In this document: positions 54,222 to 64,000 of the stretch, piece after piece | Layout of the letters: each line of letters begins with the position of its first letter | Numbering within the stretch: position 1 is the stretch's first letter | Assembly: GCF_006345805.1 (NCBI RefSeq) | Contig: NC_043002.1 | Span: 13,950,001 to 14,014,000 of the forward strand | Source: Octopus sinensis | Lineage: Eukaryota | DNA length: 64,000 bases | Direction: 5' to 3' | Notes under the pieces: model-generated | What the model saw: the letters and a program-made list of their open reading frames with translations, nothing else | Database searches by the model: none | What the model was told of the DNA's origin: nothing | Program-made: the position numbers and the translations under genes

Positions 54222-55580
54222 AACTCAACTCGAAAAGTCACAACGAAGCCATTAACATCATGGCACTTTCAGTAGTCCATTACAGTTTTAACATCATTTA
54301 CTGGATTCCTACGGAGCTCCAAAACCTGGAAAGGAAGACAAGAAATTTATTGACATCTAAGAACATGCACCACCCAAAAGTAGACGCTGACCGTCTGTAT
54401 CTACCTAAAAATAGTGGGGGAAGTGGAATGATGCAGTTAGAACTGTGTTATGAGACCCCTACAATATCAGTGAACAGGTACTTATCTAATACAGAGGGCT
54501 GGGTGCTGCGACTTGTTTGCAAACATGAGAGCCACACAAAATCACATTTTATTGTCAAGGAAGCTTATACAGTCGCAAGTAAACTTGGTATTAACCCTGA
54601 ATTAGATAAAGAATCTGAAACCACTGGTTCCCCACCACCAAAACGCATCAAGGAAACTGCAAAAAAGAACGGTCAGAAACTCCTGCATGGACAGTACATT
54701 CTTCAAATTCAAGATGCTGATGTGAATGAAGAAGCAACGCATCACTGACTGAGAAATTCAGGACTGAACACAGAGACTGAAGGCTTCATATTGGCGACAC
54801 AAGTTCAAAGCTCGCTTATGAGAAACTACCAGGCTAATGTTCTTCAAAGCGGTACTGATCCTAAATTCAGAGCCTGCAAACACTTGAGGAAACAATAGAC
54901 CATCTCGTTTTGGGATACCCTGTGCTGACACCAAATGAATACAAAAATTCTCCACGATAGTGAAGGGCATCTTTACGTTGGAAAATATATAAACACTACG
55001 AAATCGTCACTCCTATTAACTGGTATGAACATTATACTGTGCTAGTCATTGACGGTAAAAATGTTTGCATCTTCTGGGATTCTCCAGGAAACACTGACAG
55101 AACGATCCAAGATAATCAAACAGAAATAATTATTAAAGACAAGGAAAAATATACTTGTAGATTATAGATTTGTTTCCACTGATAAAAATATATCTGTAAA
55201 GGAATTTGACAAGCTTTGTTAATATAAGGACCTGGAAATTGAAATATATTAAAGTATATATATATTGAAGTATATTAAAGAAAAAACTGTTCCTGTTATT
55301 GTAGGTGTCCTAGATGTGATAAAAATGGGATATCAGAAATATCTAAACTACATCCCAGGAGAATCATGTCTCAGAGAAATTCAAAGATCGTGCTGGCAAG
55401 TATTGACCACATCCTCTGTCAATTTACATATCTGTGTTGTCTTACATGGAGGTATTTCGCTACTGCCGCTGCCACTTCCCCTCCCCAAGCTTTCAGTTAT
55501 ACTGTAATATCCGTTATACTTCCCTGGTCCTAGTGCGTTAGGTGTGTCTTGGCAAGTGATTGCAACAAACATGCAGAGGA
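54222..55580 (+). mobile_element. R4/Dong-like LINE 3' fragment ending next to (AAT)n
   Basis: LERKTRNLL...HHPKVDADRLYLPKNSGGSG, SGLNTETEGFILATQ, ETIDHLV, decayed RLE domain and TVPVIVGVL. Followed by (AAT)n at 55613-55678. Confidence 0.85.
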
Positions 55581-55613
55581 AAAGTAACAACAAAAACAAC
55601 AACAGCAAAAATA

Positions 55614-55678
<65 letters not shown>

Positions 55679-56571
55679 CCATTCTTCAACGACCACAGGA
55701 CCTCAAAACGATATAATGAATGGTACGGACAATAGCATTTACAATTCTATAGGATAAAATGTTATATATGCCAAAAACGAGTAGAGGTGAAATAGGTTTA
55801 TGTAAAAAGCAGATTACAAATGTAATAATACTCGAAGTACAGACAGATTTATGAGAAAATTACAATAATGAAAACAAAAAGCAATGATTTAATTAGGGAA
55901 GCAAGGAGTTGAGACAAGTTTTTTTTTTATCAGAGTTTTCCCTTTTGAACATCACTTTGAACTATGTTTTACAGAATTCATATTGTGATCAGAACGCATT
56001 CAGACTAAGAGATTCATTCTACACGTTGGCGTAAATCTTTACGGCTGCAGCTAGATTTATCCGTATTTGACTTTAAGGAGACCTATGCTTCTATAAGCAT
56101 ATTATTCAGCCAGGTCTTATTATCCAATGTATTTTTATGCTCGCAGTTTTATTATTTAGAAGAAATCGATTTAGTTTTCCTCTTTGTCATCTGAAATATT
56201 ACGTTTGTTTTCCAAAGATATCCAGGGAAATGGTGAAGATATTCTCCGTTTCGTTTTTGAATACCTAACGGGTTGCTGCTATTTCAGTCAAACAAATCGT
56301 TTGTTCGGAAAGAATTACCAAAAACAGCCCATCTAGTATTGTATACTAGTGAAAAGGCAATCGAGGAATATGGTTTGATGTATATTTTTATCCTTTCTTT
56401 GATCAAAAATTGGACCCTGTAAAGACTCGTGCTCTATTCCTATTGTTATCAATAACAGTAACCAATTCTTCTAAGACAGCGCATGTTTCCTCAGAAAGAC
56501 CACACAAGAAGAACAATGAACAATGAACAACAGCAACATCGCCAGGAACAAAGAAACAAAAATAACAAACA

Positions 56572-56717
56572 GCTCGCCTTCAAACCACATGGTTCCGGGT
56601 CCAGTCCCACTGCGTGGCACCTTGGGCAAGTGTCTCCTACTATAGCCTCGGGCCGACCAAAGCCTTGTGACTGGATTTGGTAGACGGAAACAGAAAGAAG
56701 CCTGTAGTATATATATA

Positions 56718-56789
<72 letters not shown>

Positions 56790-57050
56790 CTGTGTCTGTG
56801 TGTATGTGTGTGTGTGTGCGTGTGTGTATTTATGTGTCTTTGTTTACGCCTGTTTTTCCCCTCCACCGTCGCTTGACAACAGATGTTGGTGTCTTTACGT
56901 CTCCGTAACTTAGAGGTTCGGCAGACGAGACCAATAGAATAAGCAACAGGCTTACAAAGAATAAGTCCAGGGGGGTGGTGGATTTCCTCGACTAAAAGGT
57001 GGTGCTGCAGTATGAGAACAATCAATTGACTGAAACAAGTAAAAGAATAA
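56572..57050 (+). mobile_element. SINE family B, near full length
   Basis: Core GGCACCTTGGGCAAG, internal (TA)/(TG) tract and conserved tail. Confidence 0.85.
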
Positions 57051-57319
57051 AAAAACTAACAGTAATACAGTTGTTATCACTGACATCATCGACATCAGAC
57101 GTAACAACAGCGAAAACTATTGCGCTAGCAAGGAAAACACGATTTGCATCAACAATAACAACGTCACCGTAAGGAACATGAACAGTAAAAAGACGAGAAT
57201 AGCAGCAGCAATGATAGTTGCGTGATTTGCAACTGCAACATAGAGTGTGATTAGTCTTACAAATAATGGTGATACGAATATTAAGTAGAGACTCAACATT
57301 GATTTCTAATTATTCGTGT

Positions 57320-57965
57320 TTATATTCGGTTTAATTCTCTTATCTCAGATACTTTATCGAATGTAATATAGTTACTATTAATTTTCCTGTATTGAAGGTG
57401 AATTTGCGGTATTTTTCTCTGCTGAATCTCATGCTTATTCCTGTCGTAAATCCATGTACTTTCTGCAGTAGTGTTTCTTATTATTTCTTTTGTTCTATGT
57501 AACTTGAGATCGTGCATGTACAAAACATTTTTCATTTCTATACCATAGTATTCGCGTCTAAACCCAGTACCTCTTAAGTTGTCAGCCAAAGTCATCAACG
57601 GCAGAATGGAATGGAGTGGGGTAAGAGAATATACCTGGGATTTTCCGCTTCTAATGGAGCTGCGTTGCCTTCTACAATTCCCTTTTATGACTATTAATGA
57701 AAAAGAGTTACGATTTACTCAGGAAATGATTTATCTGTCATTATTGTTGCCCTACGTATGATTAATGGTTGCAGGATTCACGTGCTGAGAATCCTATCAA
57801 AAGATTTCGGGTACTGAATTCATACCATGACAACATCCATCATTTTCAATCGGCAATATACAGTTATAGATTTATTGATCAATAATTGATATTTACAGCT
57901 AAATGAACTTTTGTTCATATTGCTGTAAACAACCCTTCCGCTTCTGTGGATGCAGATCGCATTCT
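57320..57965 (-). mobile_element. highly decayed R4/Dong-like RT fragment
   Basis: QKRKGC (compare EQKGC) and NVLYMHDLKLH (compare HLLYMDDLKLY). It abuts (CAT)n/(TAT)n. Confidence 0.55.
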
Positions 57966-57967
57966 CC

Positions 57968-57995
57968 TATCATCATCATCATTATCATCATCATC

Positions 57996-58051
<56 letters not shown>

Positions 58052-58345
58052 GCTTTTCCTCCTCCACATCCCCTGCGTCTTGATATTAATGTTGTTTCCG
58101 TTCTTCTGCTTCTTCTTCTTCTTCTTCTTCTTCTTCTTCTTCTTCTTCTTCTTCTTTTCTTCTTCTTCTTCTTCTTCTTCTTCTCTTTTCCTTCTTCTTC
58201 TTCTTTTTTTCTTCTTCTTCTTCTTCTTCTTCATTTTCTTCTTCTTCTTCTTCTTTTTCTTCTTCTCCTTCTTTCCCTCCTTCTTCTCCTTCTTCATCTT
58301 CTTCTCCTTCTTCTTCTTCTTCTTCTTCTTCTTCTTCTTCTCTTT
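57968..58345. repeat. (CAT)n(TAT)n and (TTC)n microsatellites
   Basis: Direct reading. Confidence 0.95.
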
Positions 58346-58537
58346 CTTCTAGGATCAACTGCAATATTGCTCGTAGTAGTTGCACACACGTTGCAACAAC
58401 ATCGTATTATTTCTTCTGGACATGCATTTCAGTGAACATAATCCAAGCGATATGCCAGCTTTGAAGTTTCCATGCTGTCATAACATTCAGTCGTTTGTGT
58501 AATATGCCTATACCTACATCTCTCTATATATAATCTC

Positions 58538-59290
58538 TATGTATGTATGTATGTATGTATGTATGTATGTATGTATGTATGTATGTATGTATGTATGTAT
58601 GTATGTATGTATGTATGTATGTATGTATATACGTACGTATGTATGTATGTATGTATGTATGTATGTATATACGTACGTATGTATGTATGTATGTATGTAT
58701 GTATGTATTATGTATGTATGTATTGTATGTATTGTATGTTGTATGTAGTATGTATGTATGTATGTATGTATGTTATACGTACGTATGTATGTATGTATGT
58801 ATGTATGTATGTATGTATATATGTATGTATGTATGTATATATGTATGTATATATGTATGTATGCATGCATGTATGTATGTATGTATGTATGTACGTATGT
58901 ATGTATGAATGTATGTATGTATGTATGTGTATGTATGTATGTATGTATATGTATGTATGTTTATTCAGAGATAGAGAGAGAGAGAAGGAGAGAGAGAAAG
59001 AGAGAGTGGGGGAAACAGAAAGGGAGAGCCAAAAAGTAGAAGAAAGAAAGAGAAGGAAGAAGAGTCGGTGATGTAAGTTCTCGAACGAGAGATGCATTTG
59101 CAAACTCGGCTAAATATAATAATTCATACCTAATATCTATTATTGAGTTATGCATTTACATAAATACATACATATCTACATACATATATACATACATGCA
59201 TACATACATACATACATACATACATACATACATACATACATACATACATACATACATACATACATACATACATACATACACACATATATA
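58538..59290. repeat. (TATG)n and (TACA)n microsatellites in opposite orientation
   Basis: 58538-58960 (TATG)n; 59160-59280 (TACA)n. Confidence 0.9.
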
Positions 59291-59860
59291 TATATATGTA
59301 CACACACACATGTATATATATATATAAACATATACATGTATGTGTACGTGCATTATGTACGTATATATATGTACATATTATGTATGTATATATACAACTA
59401 TATATAAAAAACATCTTCGACATATCTGTATGTTTATTATTTTTCCTCAAATTTTCCGTGCTTTTACCGTTCGAATAAATATTATTAGCAAAGAAAAAAT
59501 TTAGTTAAGAAGGTGTATTCACACAGAAACACGTATTTTGCTGCTTGAATCGAAAATATCGCAGCGTTTTAAAATTTATTCTTACTTCAGTTGTAACAGT
59601 GCAAATCATTCTTAATGACATAACTTGTTTCTACAGCGTTTTAGGCAATCCAAATACGAAGAGATTAACAGCCTACACATGAGCACAAACACATCCACGC
59701 GAGTAAAAATGAATACAAACAATAAAGTCAAACATCCCATCAATACACCAGCCATTCATCAAACATACACATAGAGCCAGACTTTATTTCTTTCGCTATA
59801 CGTGAAAACATTATACTTAAGAGAATTTAAAAAAGAAACTGATCAATCTATCTATTCACA

Positions 59861-59947
<87 letters not shown>

Positions 59948-60274
59948 ATCTGGAAGGAAGAGCTATTTTTATCATACTTGTGGCTATGGCGAAAGAATGT
60001 ATCTGGTGGACGCGTCTGAAAGGATTAGAGACAAACACTTTCCTCTCTGGTCAATCTCTCATCAACTTCTTCAAGTATCACTTGAAGAAAAAAGTGAGAG
60101 TAGAGAGGCAAGTTTTGTCTAGTGAATGTTTTAAAAAAAGATGGGTGAATGTAGCAAGGATGGCACGTATGAATGACGAAGCCACCTTGACTATGATTCT
60201 ATGAACCGTAAAAATTAATACAGAGAGTTGCTTATTTGCAAAAAAAAAAAAAAGAAATATAACATGTGACTTCA

Positions 60275-60621
60275 TTGACCGAGGTTACCGTGGTCTTTTC
60301 CGTAGGCTTTTCTTTCCACGGGTAAACCTCACCTGTCCTCCCCTTTACACTTCATATTGACATTTCTGTGATAACGATCCCTATTGATCAATTTTTTTTC
60401 CTCTCCCCCTTTTTTTTAACCCCCCCCCCTTTTTTGTCCTCTTTCTCTCCTTTTACGATCCCTTTTGATAGACCCCCCCTTTTTTATTTTATTTTATTTT
60501 TTATTTTTTTATTTTTATTTATTTATTTATTTATTTATTTTTTTTTAACCTTCAAAAGAAAAGCTCTACCTTGTAATTTGTTCTATCTGTGTGCAGCCCT
60601 GTGTGGCTAATAAAGAAACAT
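60275..60621 (+). mobile_element. probable LINE 3' UTR ending in (TATC)n, tail similar to SINE family A
   Basis: TTTGTTCTATCTGTGTGCAGCCCTGTGTGGCTAATAAAGAAACATA resembles the SINE A tail TTTGTCCTCTCTGTGTTTAGCCCCTTGTGGGTAGTAAAGAAATAG. Confidence 0.5.
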
Positions 60622-61152
<531 letters not shown>

Positions 61153-61244
61153 ATACACGAAATATATTTCTTCCCACTGGCTACTTTTCTTCTACAAAAG
61201 AAGTTACATTGGGGAACTGTTATTTTAACAACTTGTGTCTATTT

Positions 61245-61350
61245 ACCACCCGATGAGATACATCTACACCACCGGATGCTCCTGAACCAGTTTTTGAGTA
61301 TCCCACCCGTGAGGTATCGATGTTAGATGTGTCGAAACAATTGTCGGGGT
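61245..61350 (+). ncRNA. type I hammerhead motif with long stem II, core CCGAUGA
   Basis: ACCAC-CCGATGA-GATACATCTA-[57 nt]-TAGATGTGTC-GAAA-CAATTG-TC-GGGGT. It has a 10 bp stem II, a palindromic stem III and a GUC triplet. Confidence 0.75.
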
Positions 61351-61498
61351 TAATATACTCTCGTATATTCCATCTTCTATCTTCCATTCGCCATATAGAG
61401 GGAAATAAGGGAAAGAACGAAGAAATAAAAATATATAAAAATGTTATAGTTACATTTCCATTAGCCAAGGAAAGTAAAGTGTAGAAGTGGTAGAAAGG

Positions 61499-61534
<36 letters not shown>

Positions 61535-61538
<4 letters not shown>

Positions 61539-62322
61539 TGACTTAATATAGAATGATTGTCGTCATTTCTTTCTCTTTTGCCTGCGTTGTTTGCCTTTTA
61601 GGTGCTGTGGTTTTACTGGGATCTCCCTTTTAAGTAGAAAGAATAGCCAAAACTCTTTGGCTGCTATTTCTAAATTCGGTGTGTGGTGAGGCAAATCGTT
61701 GCCAAACCCTTAATTACTTAGTATTACTTAAACCTTCCTTGAATGGAGCTTTTACATGCCGAAATCTACTTGGTGAAATTAATGATTATTCCAAATTAAT
61801 TAATTTCACCCTATATTATTATTGATAATTATATTTCATCCCAGTAAAAAAACCATAGCATCTTAGTTTTGGCAGCACGCTGGCGGAGGGGGGATGGTGA
61901 CATACTTTCATTCACCCTTTGAATTTGGTGGTACTGGTAATGGCTTACGCTCGCTCTGATACCATGAGTTGAGGTGATGTCTTCTAGTGCCTTCAAATTT
62001 AATACACAATTATTAATAATTGAGACGCAATTATTTATAATTGAAGAGTCCTACACTGAAGAGGAAAATAGTTGGGTAAGACATAATTATTTAAATGTTA
62101 TGCTTTCCTATGACTTAATTCCGAAACGTACGTCCGTATGTGACTTAATATAGAATGATTGTCATCATTTCTTTCTCTTTTGCCTGCGTTGTTTGCCTTT
62201 TAGGTGCTGTGGTTTTACTGGGATCTCCCTTTTAAGTAGTAAGAATAACCAAAACTCTTTGACTGCTATTTCTAAATTCGGTGTGTAGTGAGGCAAATCG
62301 TTGCTAAACCCTTAATTACTTA

Positions 62323-62325
<3 letters not shown>
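61535..62325 (+). mobile_element. partial-tandem (pseudo-LTR-like) HHR element, 602 bp unit, between (TA)n tracts
   Basis: Direct repeats at 61538-61723 and 62140-62325, with an HHR immediately before the second repeat. No ORF. Confidence 0.85.
62052..62138 (+). ncRNA. type I hammerhead motif with long stem II
   Basis: TACA-CTGAAGA-GGAA-[hairpin insert]-TTCC-GAAA-CGTACG-TC-CGTA. Intact core, palindromic stem III, GUC triplet. Confidence 0.75.
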
Positions 62326-62396
<71 letters not shown>

Positions 62397-62400
<4 letters not shown>

Positions 62401-63135
62401 ATAAAACATACTTGGAAAAGGATACGTGGCGTGCGATCATATTAATAATTAAATATATATAAATGTATGAATATATACATAGATATATGTACATACATAC
62501 ATATATATGTATATATACATGCATATATGGGTACAGGACATTAAAAAACGTGGACAGAATGAGAAACGAAAACTTAAAAAACAAAAACAGAAACGAACAT
62601 GTTTTTGAACAACGAAAAAAAACAGACAAACAGAGAAACAGCTGTAGAAATGTCCCCTCTTTTATATACTCCGCGTTGTCCCCTGTTTTATATACTCTGC
62701 GTTCGAAGGTAAGGACAACACGCGCCTTCGTTAAAACAGTCCTTCTCGCAAAACAAATTAAATTAAATTTGGGATGTTTTGTGGAGGGTCAAAGTGGTAA
62801 CAAAAACAGGACGGTGAGAACAAAACAGTAAAAACAAACGTGAAGTGTTGAACGTTTGAAAAAGCGAGCTTTGAGAAGAGACAGATAAAAGCACGTGTTG
62901 TCTTTATTAAGGAAGTGAAAGAGAGATTGGCTGTTAGTCACGTGTCAGGAACGATAGAGTCAAGGAGGACGAGTGAGAGAGAAAGATAGAGAACGGTGAA
63001 GGTGAGAGGAGAATAATAGGGAAAGGGTGGGAGTGAAAAACAGAAAGGAAGAACAAGAGAAAGAGAGAGAGCTAGACAGAAAAGAGATAGAATAAGAGTG
63101 CGCAAAGATAAAACGTACTTGGAAAAGAATGCGTG
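62397..63135 (-). mobile_element. (TA)n-adjacent repeat with short terminal direct repeats
   Basis: AAAGATAAAAC(A/G)TACTTGGAAAAG occurs at ~62397 and ~63104. The GA-rich body with CACGTG resembles the reverse complement of 47040-47520. Confidence 0.5.
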
Positions 63136-63194
63136 ATTACAACTCTGGGCAGAGAGTCGCCTCCCCGGCGAACGCACAATGTAGGGTTGTTTTT

Positions 63195-63434
63195 ATGGAA
63201 CGCCAGCAGTCGCCCATACATACCAGCCTCTCCTCTCCACTCCAAGGAACAGGCAAAAACCGATGCAACTTGGCACCAAGGATGTCGCGACTCATTTCTA
63301 TAGCTGACTGAAGTAAAGGAACGTGAAAAAAAGTGTCTTGCTCAAGAATAAAACACGCAGCCCGATCCGGGAATCGAACGCACAATCTCACGATCGTAAG
63401 CGCAACATTCTATCCACTAAGCCATGCGCCTTCA
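63195..63434 (-). mobile_element. tRNA-derived SINE (family D)
   Basis: Minus strand GAAGGCGCATGGCTTAGTGGATAG...GTTCGATTCCCGG...TTCTTGAGCAAGACAC. Confidence 0.75.
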
Positions 63435-63525
63435 CATACATGTATATAATTACATAAATAACTAAATAAATTATATATATATACATACGTACATATATAC
63501 CACACACACATATATATATACATAT

Positions 63526-63584
<59 letters not shown>

Positions 63585-63674
63585 CTGTGTGTGTATTTGT
63601 ATATTTAAATGTACTTTATAAAATATATAAATTTATCTCTATCTACAAATATAAATCCATATATTTACACACAC

Positions 63675-63747
<73 letters not shown>

Positions 63748-64000
63748 TGATATATACACATGGATACATATACATGTAGAAACATGTATGAGTCAGAGTG
63801 CGTATATGTGCACGCGAGTATGTCTGTGCACACTGATTTGAACACACACGCACACACACACACTTAAACACGCACCAACGCATATATTTATATAAGAAGC
63901 GAGATACAAACACAGAGATAAGTGAAAGAGAAAATGTGTTGTAAAGAGACACAAAGAAGGGAGTGATATTCTCTTACAAAAACCTATTACCGTAAAGTAG

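Overview
AT-rich eukaryotic (animal) non-genic DNA. The microsatellite density and the tRNA-derived SINE families point to a cephalopod (Octopus-like) genome; this is an inference from repeat content. I see no intact host protein-coding gene, and most listed ORFs are translations of (TA)n, (CA)n, (TATC)n, (TACA)n or (GAA)n tracts. Recognisable content: several tRNA-headed SINE families, two tandem non-autonomous Helitrons, decayed Tc1/mariner elements and MITEs, R4/Dong-like, RTE-like and CR1-like LINE fragments, and two Penelope-like element (PLE) coding remnants. The main signal is about 14 complete type I hammerhead ribozyme (HHR) motifs from about six unrelated short non-coding element families. 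These elements mostly sit in or next to (TA)n-type microsatellites, as tandem, partial-tandem or head-to-head fold-back arrays, including a ~1.8 kb palindrome with four HHRs. This looks like a diverse set of non-autonomous, ribozyme-bearing PLE derivatives (retrozyme-like). All structures were read by eye, and most element boundaries are approximate.
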